A stretch of 64,000 nucleotides of DNA from Phallusia mammillata (taxonomy: Eukaryota), in NCBI GenBank assembly GCA_965637545.1, contig OZ281496.1, forward strand, positions 25,048,001 through 25,112,000, in the 5' to 3' direction. The position numbers and the translations under genes are program-made. A model generated the notes under the pieces. The model searched no databases. It was not told the origin of the DNA and was given only the letters and a program-made list of their open reading frames with translations. This document shows, piece after piece, positions 23,952 to 38,900 of this stretch. The first letter of the stretch is position 1; the number at the start of each line of letters is the position of its first letter.

Positions 23952-26900
23952 ATGTCCAAGAGGCAACTTCCAAAACTTAGCCGCATCTCTGTGCTTCGGG
24001 AAATGCAATCAATGACACGTGATGTATTGGAGACCTCACCACCTCCGCCGAAGTTGCGCATTATTGGTAGTGCGACGGACATGAGGAAGGCCGATCAGGA
24101 CTTGAGAAATAACAACTATTTAACAGGTCTGTTTACGAATTTATTACTGTGTTTCTGTTGTTTCAAAATTTTTGTAATGCAGATACAACAATGAAGACCA
24201 GAAAGCAAGTTAATAACAAAAGTAAAAAAGAAGCAAACCGTATTAACAACAATAAAGTTGAAAGTATTGAAGATGTAAGTTTCAGCATGCTAGTTTTATA
24301 TTTGTTAAGCTTGTTTATTCATACAATAACTTTGCTTTGTTTTGGTGTTGAAGTTGTTTTTGTATATTTTGTATGTAGGTTGCTGAACATCAAGTTGCAT
24401 ATATTTTACACTGATGTTATAGTAGTTTGCATTTTGACAGTGGGAATATTATATATGTAGAAACAAATTGTGAAATAACATGTAAAAATCTTTTAAAAGT
24501 TGGATTTATCAGCATTGAGGCTCCTTCATGGTTATTATAGTTATGAAATTATCCACACATCTTATTTTAGAGTTGCATTGTACCTATAACCAGCAAGCTG
24601 ATTTTACATGATCCATCGTAAAGATTTATATTTTTAATCAGGTTTTAATATTTGCTTGTTTACTACTTTGCTTATTCAAAAGAACAGTTTCACTGTTGTG
24701 TGTGGACCTGCTATTGCAACAAGCCCTGTTGTAAATTGAACAATGCTAATGTTATTGTCAATTGCAGGACACTAAACTAATTTTCAGCTGGGAAAAGAGA
24801 TCTTGTATAAAACAACATGAAGAATTAGAAAGGTTAAGAAAGTTAACTGGACAGAGAAAGTCAGAGTAAGTTTTGCCATTTTGACACTTTGTATTCTTGT
24901 TACCTTATCTATAAATATATTTAATAGGGATGATTTGATTTCTTGAATTAGTGGACTAAGCTTTGTAGGAACAATTTAAATCTGAAGCATTTTGTTATGT
25001 ACAGAAACAGTTAAAGCAAGAATAGTTTTTGGAAATAAACGATAAATGATAGAACATATGTTACCAGGGCTAGAAAAAATGCAAATTTCCCGGGAAGCCA
25101 CCAAAATTTCCCGCCATTTTTCCGTAAATCCCCCAAGTTGTTATACGCAACAGGAATACTTAACTAATGCAGCTCATTTCACGTTTCCAACGTTGTAATT
25201 TTCGCACACAAAGAGTCATCCAAACTTATTTATGCGCTTTCGTTGCTTTCTACTACGCTGTTCGGAAACACTGAGATGCAGTATATTTTTAAACTCAATA
25301 ATTAGTCTGTCAAGTTCTAAAAATAACTCCAGCTGATTAGTAAAGATTAAAAATCGTAACAACGATGTGTACTATTACTACTGTTCGTCCGGATTTAACT
25401 CTGTTTTTTCATTCATGTACTTGTTTTTGTTTCGCGCCATTGCTATACTTGTCGTGAAACAAATGCGTATTGTTGTGCTTGTGCACACACACACACACAC
25501 GCAATGCGAACAAAGTCACTCAGCACCTTGTGTGTTGACCTATGTGTCGCAGCGTTTTAGTTACGTGACGTTTCGGTGCATCGCCGGTTGTAACCAGAAG
25601 TAAAATCTGGCGGTGTTGCGTTATTCCACCGCAAAACTTTTCGACTTTTGTGTTCGCTTTTACACAAAGAGCTAAAAATGAGTGTGACCGATTTCCCGGG
25701 ATGGAGCATCCCCATTTCCCCACTTTTTCCCGCCATGTATGTTACTTTTTAACATAAGGAGAACATTATAATTTTGTAAGTGATGATGAGTATGTGACAC
25801 ACAAAGATTAGCCAACCCCGCGCTAATGTTTTTGTTCAAGACAACCAAGCTACCAATTGTTAAATTGTCTTCAAAATTAAGCTGGTATATTCATGAATTG
25901 TTGAATGTCATACTAACTTACCAACGCAAATCAGATTGGTCTAATATTGAACATAAACAAAAAGCTGTTAAATACGCCATCACATGTGAAAAAGGTTAAT
26001 TAGAATGCTTTGAAATATGAATTTGCCCTCGTTATAATACCTAAGTATAGATAGATACTTAATTAAGGTGTTTTACCATGGAGTAATAATAACTATAACA
26101 TAGTTTTGATTTGTCTTCTTAACATGTATTATGTACTTAACATACAAAACTCCTTATTTCCACTTCCCCACATCACATGTTTCAGTGTTTGTGTATTGTT
26201 TTTTATACAGGTTCTACAAGACCCTTGTAATTACTGATGCATTAACTTCTAAATATGAAAGAGTTTCTGTTGGAGATGGAGCCATCGTTGCCAGTGGAGA
26301 GGAAGGGAAAGACGATTACATTGCAAGGATAGAAGCATTTTATGACATAGGTAGGATTAAGTGTCAACAAAGTTTAACATGGTGCATATTGTATTATTTT
26401 ATACTATTAATAATTCATTCAGTGTGTTTTAGGTTATGATTTTTTTGTGATATTTGAGTCATGCTGAAAGGTATTGGGTTTAAAATGTCCCAACCTGGTA
26501 GGCACAAAAGTAGTGGTGCTAACCCCTGAACTGCCTTGGCCGCAAATTAATTGCTTATTACTAAGAGTTGTTTACTGTTTTAGGTGCAACAATTGACAGC
26601 AAATATGCCTGTGTCACTTGGTTCTTTAAGCAGGATGAAATGCCCAAAACCAGATTGCCAGCAAACTGTTTTTCAAATGAGGTACATAAACGTGACATTT
26701 ATCTCCTAAAAAGCTGATCACAGTGAAAACGTTTTTTTGTACTAACAGATATTTCTATGTGTTGCTGAATCTGATAAAATCATAGATGCCGAGACCATTA
26801 CCAAGTCATGTAGGATTACATGGGTTCAAGAGCCCCCAGCACGATCCACTGGTAATTTGTTGTTATAACATGGCTTTAATGAAAATGTAAAGACAATAAA

Positions 26901-29900
26901 CACATTTTTAGTGAAACACGAAAAAACACTCAACTATTACTACAGGAAAAGTTTTAATGGAAGGCATGTCAGAGTTGCTGACCCACCAATGGATAAAGGT
27001 ACTGCTCACTAACAAGATATATAGCTCATTACCCACCTAAAACAATCTAACCTGATTTGTAAAAATATTAGACTGCATAAGCTTGGTGATACGCCTGAAA
27101 ATTATTAAGGGTGTTTTAATTAGGACTCACTTGTCAAAATCTATTGTTTTAGTTGTCAATGGAAAAAATGAAAACAAACCCAAAGAAAAATCTGTGCAAG
27201 ATCTAGCGAAAAATAAAAAAGCCAAAGAAAGTAAAAGGAAAAACCAAACAACCACCATCTCTGGTAAAACACCACTGAAGCCAACTGAAAACTCTATGGA
27301 CACTAAACAAAGCAAAGGTAAATCATGCATAATACTTCAAAAACAGGGTTGTGCAACCAGTTTAAGACCTGCAGAATAGGTTATGCACCCCAAGATAATA
27401 TTTTTTTAGCGAATTAGTGTGTCCAGTGCCATTTTTCTGCGACCCAACAATATGACTTGTAGCTGTACACTCAATAAGAGTGTTTGGTACGCAACAAAGT
27501 AAAGGTGCAGCTATGGTTTGATCCTGGTAAATAGTATTTCTTGCCCATAGGTTACAAAGTTACGTACTTCTACCTAACAGTATTAATTCCCTAGATAATT
27601 ATGGGTTCCCTTCCCTGAAGGGGACACATATTGATTTTACTCAAAATGTTTGTTTGTTTTTCTTCTTTTTTTTTCTTCCCAAAGTTTGTCCGACTCGTTT
27701 TTCCATCAAATCCTTGATGGATTTGGCTGAAATTTACACAGATGGTAGATGTAGTTATGTAGATGTGCATCCCACTTTGTTTTTGTTGATAACCCCAGTA
27801 TTTACCCCGCTAGCCCCCTAAAATGTTTTTTTCCCCCGAAGTTTGTCTGACTCGTTTTGCCATCAAATGCTTGATGGATGTGGCTGAAACTTATACAGAT
27901 GGTAGATATAGTTATGTAGATGTGCATCCCACTTTGTTTGTCCGGATAACCCTAGTATTTACCCCGCTAGCCCCCTAAAAGGGGTGAGTTTGTAAACAAT
28001 TTTAGAATTGGCTAAAATTTGGATAGCTTGTAAAGTATGCCAATTATCATTATTGCGCCATTGCAGTTCGGGGGTTGTTAACAGCCCTTTGATGTCAGAA
28101 ACATTAACAGTTGTTGCTCAAAACACCTCTAGTGGTTGAAATTTTTAACGTTGGCAGATTGGACTGAAATTTTGCTGTACTATTGATTGAGTCATTGTGG
28201 TTTCCTACTTTTAAGTTTGTGTGTGTTGAACCTCAATTAGTTATCCTACTAGCCCCCTAAAATGAGTTTTTTAATTATTCCTTCCTTGAAGGGGACACAT
28301 CTTGATTTTACTCGATTTCTTTTTTTCTTTTTTCTTTTTTTTTCTTTTTTTTTTTTTTTCTTCCCTGAAGTTTGTCCACCCCTTTTTACCCTGAAATGTT
28401 TGATGGATTTGGATGAAACTTTCACATATGGTAGATGTAGTTGTGTAGATGTGCCATCTGCTTCGTTTGTCATGATAACCCCAGTATTTACCCCGCTAGC
28501 CCCCCAAATGTAAAATGTGGTTTGTGCGCACCACAAACGTTAGTTTTGTGTGATGTTATAAAGGCAACTACATATGGTACTTATGTTTGAGGATTGCTTG
28601 GTGAACGTGTTTGCGGATAGCAGTCAAGGGGGTTGTTCACAGCCTTGTGACGTCACAAGTCATTACGGTTGTTGGTTAAAACGCCCCCTAGTGGTCAAAT
28701 TGAAACATTGGCCGATTTGGACAAAATTTTACAGGATTGTTGTTTGGGTCATTGCAGATTCATATTTTCAACATTAGGGTGAAGAACCCCATCAGTTACC
28801 CCACTAGCCCCCTAAAATGGGTGAATTTTTTAAACAGGGTCGGAATTGGCTGAAATTTGGATAGCTTGTACAATTTGCCATTTACAAATGACGATTGTTG
28901 TGTTAAACCCTGTAGCCCCAATAGTCACCCTACTAGCCCCCTAAAATGGGTGAGTTTTTAAACAGTGCGCAATTGTTGGAAATGTTATGCCATTTATAGG
29001 TATCGATTGTTGTGTTTTACTTCTTTGTTTTAAACTAAACAAACTTTAAACAATGCTTGAATTGAGTCGATTTGTATAGTTTGAACTTTGCATAGCATGA
29101 CTATTTAATCCTAGTACCAATCACAGTGTTTTACTTTACAACACCAATGTTTCTTATGGTTATCTCTTGAAATGCAGTATTTACAACTTTGCATGTGTGG
29201 GGACCCATGAGTTTCTGCCTGCAGAAACAACTAACGTTTTAAAAGACGGTGGCTAATATGGGACCCAATATAAAATAAGTGAAGGAATTATATTGCCGTT
29301 TTAGAATACGATTTAGTGTATGGACAATGGCAAAATGTGCTAAGCCACCCTTCTAGTTTAAATAGTTTTTACTCCATATAGCATATTTAGATATGCACAG
29401 TACCAATCACTGTGTTTGTCTTCACAATACCAAACTTACTCATTGTTATCTATTGAATTGCATTATTTTCAACTTTGCATGTGTGGGGACTCATGAGTTT
29501 TTGCCTGCAGAAACAACCAAGGTTATAAAAGATGATGGCTAATATGGGACCCAATACAAAATAAGCATAGGAAATATATTTATGTTTGAAAATAGATCAT
29601 AGTGTATGTGCAAGGGCAATATGTGCTAAGCCACCCTTCTAGTTTTGAAACTATATTTTATCAATATATCTTGCCCACACCTCATAATGATATATTGATA
29701 TTTGACATATATTTATCGTTATCAGCCTTTTTGTTATCAGGTAGACATTAAACAACACAAATGTTGTTTTTTTCTTGGTGCAACTGTGTCTCTGTCTTAA
29801 GCATTGGCTATTCGCTGATCAGTATCAAGGCAAATCAGCATCAAAAGCTTTGATGTTCTGACTTCGCTTTGTTAGTTTCATTGTTGGTTACAATCGCTTA

Positions 29901-32900
29901 TACTTATAATTAGCAAGGCATAGCAAAGCACAACCTTGTGAAAACCATATCAGTCTATCTCCAATTTCTTATCTCTTGAAACAGGGGCAAGTACACCAGT
30001 TAAGTCTAATTCAGACTTCGTAAAACAAACAACCTTAACCTCTCCGCTGTCAGCTTCCAAGATGCGAATGGTTGATGTTAGTGTGGCAGCTTTGGACATT
30101 CTTGACAGCGCCAATGACAGTGACAGTTCATTGTCTACTCACAGCAGCAAAGGTAACATGTTAACATTATCAAACATGTAAGCAATGGGGCACAAATCAC
30201 TTTATTTGTCTGTGTGAAAATTGCCAAAGTTATATCAATTCTATCGTGTAATGTGTATGTATATAATGTATTTGGTAAGTCTATTCCCATGTTGCATATA
30301 TTACTTTTTCATCAATGCTTACAATATGTGTGTTTTTGACTCCTTATTTGTTTACTTTCAGCCAGCACTCGATCATCAAGGAAGTCTAAATCTAATCAAA
30401 CTGCACAGGTGTGTTTAGGAACTCTGTGACTATTTGTAGGGCCTGGGTAAGCTTTTTTAACCAGACATTTGTAGTCATTTCTCTTGTGGACACCCATTGG
30501 AAGTCACCAGTCCCTTCTTGCAGTACACATTGTATTTTTCCTGGAAAGCAGATGTTATTATTTGTATCCAATGGTTAAGCTTTCTTTTATCCCTTGTTAA
30601 CAACTTTGTTTCTCGCTGATTACATTTAAAAGTGTTGCATCACAAAAATTAGGGTCACATATTAAAAAGTTATTATTTAATTTATAGATCAAACCCAACA
30701 AGTCTACTGTAAAAAGCCTTAAAGCTCAAGAGACATCCAAGAAAGTGACTCCGATTCGAATTGACAAAAATGCAATGCTTGTAGTCCCAAAAAACAAGCA
30801 GCTTTCAAAGACTGTTACAAAACCGAAAGCCAATGACAGGGATTTAGATTCCAGTACCAAAAGACTCACTAGAACAGTGGAAAAAACAGTATCAAAACCA
30901 TCTAAATCAAGAAGATCTCTTCGCCTTTATGTTGCGAAAGAAGGTACAATTTTCGTTTTTTAATCAGACCTTTATGGAACACAGTTTACAAATATATTCG
31001 AGTAAACGGTTTGATTTTAGCCCCACCAGTTTGTAATTGGTATAACAGTGTAAGGAATGCTTAAATATACCTCAGACCCCAAACAAGGTCCAAGTGCTGT
31101 CCAGTAAAAGTTAGTAAGTTTGCTGATGACTGTTCTTCCCCGTGTATGAAAACTGTTACATGCAGTATTTTTTGTTTATTTGATCAATGACTTTTTTCCA
31201 GATGTTGAAAATCAGAAGCCACTTAGCAACAAAGCAAGAAGAAAGCTGGTTGATGATGCTGAACCTAACACAGAAAAAACAGATATTGTACCAACTTTAA
31301 GTCGCCACAAGTCACTGAGGATTGCAACACCTCTTCCAAGTATGTTAAGGTCGACTCTGTCCTTGTTTGATATCAAAATATCTGCACTTTTCATAGTAAA
31401 TTGATCATTTTTATCTTAAAACTTGTTCACCATGGTCTGTAAAAAAATATTTTAGTTTTTTTTCCATTTAATACAAACAAACATTTGCTTTCATTTATTT
31501 CAGGGGAGTAAATATAATGGTGTGATGATGAGTGCTTATTTGCCATTTCTAACTTTTTTAAATCTTTGTTGTTTGAACCATTTGTAAAAGAAGAATATAT
31601 ACTTTTTAACTTTCCTTTTTTCAGATTCCAGAAAACAGAACATAAATGGTTCTAAAGATGAGGACAATAGCACTGAAGATGACAGCAGTGAAGATGACAG
31701 CAGTGAAAAAGAATCAGATTATGATGATTTATTTGTGGCAAAGATTGACTCAGCTTCAAGGAAAAAGAAACGGCGCTCTGTAAGGTTATCTTGCAAAAAG
31801 CCAGGTTAGTGTGACTTTAGTGTTTAATAGTGATTGGACGAGTACCCGGTACTCGGTATCGAACGATTTCAGTGGTATCGATACTCGTACTTGGTATCGA
31901 AATATTTTGTCTCAGTTTTCGATACCAACGTGTGAGTACCGAAGACCAATTTACACCATAAGAATACGGGCAACTTTTGGCCAATATTTGCTTCGGACAG
32001 CACAAAATCGGGAAAAAGTTCTGCCAGGTTATACATATATTTCTTTCGCTACCACGTGGTGATTACATTTTTCGGCATGTGTGTGTGCACGCATAAGATT
32101 GGTTAAGAATAGCCTGAGCTTTAAGAAAATAGAGTATCTTGTTTTAATGCTCATTATAAGACTTAATTATTTTGTAAAATCATCCAGGTTGAAATGTGGT
32201 GGCAATTCGTGAATAAAAATAATGAAAGATGGGGCAAAAACTTTTACCATGTCATGTGTGCAGTAATACTAATCTTGAACGTGTTAACTGATAAGATGTA
32301 TGTGGCATAACACTATTTGTGTTCTAACATATATAAAATTGTAGAGCAGTTTTTAAGAATAAGACATAACATGAGGTCTTTTTTAGACTTACCCAAATCT
32401 GAAGCTAAGTCGAATAAAGCAAGACGACAGCTCTTACCCAAAAGTGAAAAAACTGTTGAAAACACAACAGATGAAGATTCAAGTGGGAGTGACGAGGATA
32501 TTAGTGATGAAGACAAAGATTTCAATGCAAGTGGATCAGATCACTCTAGCAGTGATGGTCAAGATGATGGTGTGGACTCTGAGGAAGATTTTAGTAAGAT
32601 ATGATCAATACAGTGTTGAAGAAATTAGGCTAATGTATAGATTTACTGTATATGTACACCAGGGGTTGGCTATCTCTTAGGCATGTTTTGTGCATGTAAG
32701 GCTGAATTTTAAGACTATGACATGATAAAAACTGAAAACAAGCAGTGTAACAGGTTAAATTGTTTCTTCAATATAAACACACAAATCGGTTGGCCATCTA
32801 TTTAGCCATCTATTTAGTTCTTTATATTATAGTATTTTAATTAAGATGACATGTTTTCAAAATACTCGGTAAACAGGCATTAGTTTATATTAGTGATGCA

Positions 32901-35900
32901 CTGAAGTTTCGGTTGGCCGAAACATTTCGGCCGAATACACTGTTTTCCGAACTTTTTAATTGCATGGAATTAATGCCCAAACTATCATTTTCACCAATAC
33001 AAAACATCATAAATCAACTAATTGTTGTATCTATAAAATACGAGCCACGTTGTGTGCAAAATATTACAAGTTTAGTAAAGCTTCTGCATTGTGGTAATTA
33101 TGGGTCCCCTTCCCTGAAGGGGACACATATTGTTTTTGTCCGTATTTTTTTTTCTTTTTTTCCGTCTAACGCGGATTTGTTCCCACGTTTTGGTCAAGAA
33201 AGAATGGTTCAAACTTTTTCAAATTTACACACATTACAGATATTGGTCTAAAGATGGTCCATGTGAATTTTGACCCCGTTTGACCCCTCGGTTCACCCAC
33301 AGCCCCCCAAAACGTGAAATTTTTAGCGCAGATTTGTTCCCACGTTTTGGTCAAGAAAGAATGGTTCAAACTTTTTCAAATTTACATACATTACAGATAT
33401 TGGTCTAAAGATGGTCCATGTGAATTTTTACCCCGTATGACCCAGAGGTTCACCCACAGGCCCCCGAAACGTAAATGTGTCTAACCCTCGTTTGGTCAAG
33501 AAAGACACTGTAGGCAGAAGTACCAAGAGAGTAACTCACTGGTTTACGATAGCGGGAGGGCTCAGCTTGACGTCGGACAGACGTTTTACGAGACGTCGTT
33601 TCAGTGATTAGATATCAGCTGTTTTGCACAGCAATGCTATGTCGTTTTATTCAGTTATCACTCACATTTTTAGTTTTGGCGAAGGTTTTACACCTATGAC
33701 GTGATTTAAACCTAATAACCGTGCTTCGGTTTTGTATATGTGAAGAAAAACTTTGTTAATAAAAGTTAAGATGAAAAAATTAACTTGACTTTTTTGCCAA
33801 ATAAATGTTTTTTTAAATGCTCGTTGTCACGTTGGCCGCCGCATGATCACGGGTTATTAAAGGTCAACTAGTCGGTATTACAAACACAGCTCAGAACTTT
33901 CTTCATAACGTAGCGTTTTTTGACAATCAATTTAGGAATCAATACTCAAGGCATGTATAAATTAGGCTTAACAGTATTGTTGAACACGAATGACGGCGTG
34001 CTATTGAAAACGGTGTCAAAAGGTCAAACAGTCGTTTGGCGTGTGCACCCTGAGAGGTTACTACAGGTCAATGGTACTCGTTTTGCGAAACAAAGTTAAA
34101 TGAAAAACAATTTGTTATGTATACACTTGTAGCAAATTGCTTTTTAATTTAAAGTGTCTGTAACACAACTGTTACAGCTTTCTAAAAAAAATTGTGTTCA
34201 AAACCCGACCTTGGAGGACTATATCTCGGTCAAAGCAAGAGATTAGATTTAAGTCTTTGTTACGTTTTTTTAATGTTTTTGTAATTACATGACAATAATA
34301 GTGCAAAAAGAATATGAACAATTTTTTTTATTGTTGGGTTAAAGCTTTCTAAAAATTTGTCCTTAAGAATCTAAAAATCACCGCAACATTTGTTTACTGT
34401 AAATCCGCACAAACGGGCGTAAGGGGACCCATTTGTTTTTGTTTACAAAAACAATCATATGTGTAGATCAAATGATGTGTATAGTAAATTGGTAAATATC
34501 GTATAGAATATATAAAATGGAAGTATATCAGAAAGCCACTCTTCTAGTTTTGATTTGTCATAATTCAGTTCACTCGCATTAACGACACAAGGTTCAGTTG
34601 AAAACATCCATAAGAACAAGACTCTAGGTTCGGCCTGATTCGGCCGAAATTATTCGGCCTCATGGCCGAATATTCGGTTGCGGCCTGAACCTTTTTAGGC
34701 GGGTTCGGTGCATCACTAGTTTATATATCTTCTAATATTACTGAAGAAATTTAATTAGAGTCATTGGAATTAGACATATCATTTGCAATAAGTCCTTGTC
34801 GCATATTATAGAAGCAATTGCTTTTTTGTTTAGGTACAAAGTTAAAACTTAAGACACCTCGCCGTGTTCGCATACTCACTCCTCGTCTCACCAAGTCAGT
34901 GAAAAAAGGAAATGCAGTTACTCCAATAGTGATTAAAACACCGAAGGTAAGATTTTGTTGTTCTAAAAATTGATATAATACTGTATTGTTTTGCTTGTAA
35001 CTTTCAAAAGGTAACCAAATATGGAAAAGATCCAGCCCACAGAACTAACTTAACACTTGTTCTGTTTAAACTTTAAATCATGATTTTTAATTCTGAACTA
35101 AAAGGTCAACTTTTGGTTGTTTTTGTAATATTAGATAGGCACTAGGCAGCATAAACATTAGTCATACAATTCATCACCTTATGTTTGTGGGCAATAAGGT
35201 TAGTTTTTTTACTGCATAAAATTGGTGGAAAATTTTGCAAGGCTCTAAAAAGTTCAAGAGGCTCTGGTTTAAATTCGTGATTTTATTACGTACTTTGTCT
35301 GTAGCAAATAGATGTTTTCCTCACAGAATCGAAAGCCATTTATTCCACAACGAAAAACACCCCTGCGGGCATCAAGCAATGTTTTTGATCAAGCCAGGGA
35401 AAGACTTCATGTTTCTGCAACACCAGATTCCCTACCTTGTCGAGAAGAGGAATTTCAATCTATTTATTCTTTTGTGGAGGGTAAAATATTATCAGGCACC
35501 GGAGGGTAAGTGTAAATTTTTCATATCAAAACATCTTTATGATATGTTTGTTTTGTTGTTGTTTTTTAACAATGATTTTGCTGAGCTTCCGCTTGTTCAG
35601 TATCAGCTTCCCTCTTACCAACTTTTTTGTAGTTGACTACATGTATCTTAATCTTACAATAAATTAAGACATATACATAAAGATACAAACACTAAGACAA
35701 TAAACATTCTGATTTTAACAGCAGTAGAATTACTTGTGTGTTGTTTATAAACACGGTCAAAAGGGATAGGTTTGTACAGACTGTTAATGCTATTTCTGGA
35801 AAAATCAACAACCACTTCAATTTTGTGTGCTACAAATAAATTAACGGAAATTTTCATAATGGTTTAAATCTAACCTGCTCATTGTAGTGCAAACTATTCA

Positions 35901-38900
35901 GCACATACTAAATCAACTGTTAGAGATAAGCACTTTTTCATATATTTACTATCGTAGTGATACACCAGTGAACTACGAAACATAATGACATTTAGAAACA
36001 CTCATGGACTTGAAAAGTAACCCAATCAAAAACATAACTTTCGGAGTTCTTGTGTATATAGCATACTCCATGCAGATGTTTCAACAATGTAATGACACTT
36101 AATTTTGGAATCTTCAAACAAAACTCTTAATATCCTTGTTCTTGTGAAAATACAATGTATCTGATATGAGCAGTCTGATCATTTAAGCTACACTTTTAAC
36201 GTTCCTTTGTTTAATTACAGCTGCATGTACATCAGTGGTGTGCCAGGAACTGGAAAAACAGCCACAGTTATGGAAGTTCTCTCTAACCTTAGAAGTTGTG
36301 TTGATGACGGAAATTTAGAAGTTTTTAAATATGTTGAAATTAATGGTATGCGTTTAACTGAACCACACCAAGCATATGTCCAAATATTAAAGGTATGTGC
36401 ATAAAAAGTAATCAGTTTGCAGATAGATTCTTAACCCCTTATAAAAGTGCAATTTCTAAATGACAACTATTTTTGAATTGTGTAAAATCAGAAGCAGTAC
36501 ATCCGGGGTGTCCAAAGTGTGGCCCGCAGGCCAAATGCGGCCCCCGGCGACATTTCACGTGGCCCACAGCTCTTTAAATTGTGTCGCAAAAGTTTTTGGG
36601 TTTTGCGACTTCACGCAAAAGCTTTCCATGGAACTTTATTTATCGGTAAACGGGAAGTGTGCAGCGTGCTGACGCAACAAAATTCCACAATTTCATTAAA
36701 TCCCTTATATTTGTGTTCTAATTCTAAAAAAACGTTGGCCAGCGGGCGTCTTCACCTGGTAAAAATTGGCCCTACTAAAAAAAGTTTGGACACCCCTGCA
36801 TTACATGATCTTTTTGTCTTTTATACTGTATAGTTTTTTGAAAGAAAAGTAACCGTTCCTTTTTTATGTAGCAACTGAAAGACATGAAAGCTACTCCAGA
36901 GCATGCTTCCCAACTTCTTACTAAACATTTTGACCAACGAGGAAAGAAGACCACTGTTCTTCTTGTTGATGAACTAGACCTGTTGTGGACTAAAAAGCAG
37001 GTGCCTTGAAAATGTTGTCATTTTTCAGTTAAGTTTCTTTTTACAACAAACAAGTAATGAACTTTTCTCTGTCTACATTTTTTGGATGAAATGTACCTCA
37101 TTCTGTTCAGTAACTCTTCATTATACTTTTATAAAACAACGTGTTCTTGTTTCAGTAGCATGTATTGTGCTCAGAAAAAACTATAGCTTGAATGCTTGGC
37201 CACAAGTTATTTGGTGTCACTTGTATTCCAGTCATGCAGTACTGCTAGAATTTGGAAAAAATGCATATTTTAGAAAATACAGAATAACAGGCAACTTACA
37301 AAAAAAACATGTTGTACTGTCATGTACTGCAACATAGTTGTTTTATTGTCAGGATGTTATGTACCATATTTTCGATTGGCCTTCACATCGCCATGCAAGA
37401 CTGGTTGTGGTTGCTATCGCCAACACAATGGATTTGCCTGAGCGAATAATGATGAACAGAGTGTCAAGTCGCCTTGGTCTAACAAGACTTTCCTTTCTTC
37501 CTTACAACTTCAGACAGGTTACCCAGATACACATTTCATTTTTATGATGCACTAGCTAGTTTTTAATAAACAATCAATATATTCTAAAACCTTGTTTCTG
37601 CTTACTTATTGATAAATAATGTTTGCCAAACACTCATTAAATGATGTTGTTTTGTAATGTTGTACAATGATAAAACAACCTCACAAATAATTTAAGTTTT
37701 ATTTTAGTACCTGTTAATTACATATTATATTAAATTGCAAGAGGATATAAAATTAAATTTATCGGAGACTAAAAATCCAGTTTAGCTTTAAATAATAAGG
37801 TTTCAAGTGTCTGTTTTATTTTTATGTGCAGTTGCAAGCGATTGTCAGTTCCAGATTAAGTGGTCTTGATGCATTTGATTCTGATGCCATCCAACTAGTT
37901 TCTCGCAAGGTGGCTGCTGTATCGGGTGATGCCAGAAGGTGTCTTGACATCTGTCGAAGAGCTGTGGAGATTGCAGCAAGAGAAAAGAGGTCTGTTAATT
38001 TTGGGATTTTGTGTATGTGTTTTTTGTATAGGCTTTGGGTACTTTGGTGACTGTAAATTTTGTTACCTTGTGTACCCGTCTGAATTATATGATTACAAGC
38101 TGCTGCTTTTACGGTTTTTTCCCAAATCATTTGTGCAGCTTTCAATCAAGTCCAAATTACATATTTAATGTCATGCCAATATTTTTTCACTGCCTACATT
38201 TTGATAGAATTTTAATTAGTTATTATTTGCATGTAGACATAAGTTACAATGATTTATTAGTTCACAACACGCAGCTTACAATCAAGGAAATACAGCAGTT
38301 GTTAAGCTTTTAATTTATCAATTTCTGATATAGTAGTGCAATGATTGTATCTGAATGCTTGCTTGCATGTGTGACTTAATCAAAATATATTTCTACTCTT
38401 CTATGTTACACAATGATTGATGAAGATATCTTTTATTGTGCAGAAAAAACAAGAACATACAAACTGTGGGAATCGAGCATGTACATGAGGCATTGCAGGA
38501 AATGTTTGCTTCACCTATGGTCATGTTTATTAGGTAAACGTTTTTTCGTTGCAGAGTAAAAAAATCCTATTTTCTTGTGGTTGGTGTTACATAGCGCAAC
38601 ATATTCTGATATTGTAACTTATTTCATGTGCAAATGTTGACTGCTTCCTCAATTTTAAACTGTGAGACAGATCTAGCAAAACATTTGTAGCAAAGAACTA
38701 GTTTGACGAGCAATTGACGAACTACAGGTGTCTTTTGTATTGTTTGAATGTGTCTTTGTAATCGTGTGAAGAGTTGTTGTATGAAAAGCATGATATCATG
38801 TAGCATTTAAATAGTAATATTGCTTTGTAATGTTTTTGAGTAGTAAACCAATGTAGCACAATTATTGGTTAACTTTTTCCTTTAACTGAGTGGCTTATTA

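Noticed and set aside
28249-28536. Lys-rich and Phe-rich ORFs ([15 protein letters not shown])
   Set aside because: Translation of a poly-T tract inside a repeat element.
27700-29000. CRISPR-like regularly spaced repeats
   Set aside because: Eukaryotic intron; the sequences between the repeated motifs are themselves homologous and irregular in length, and there are no cas genes.
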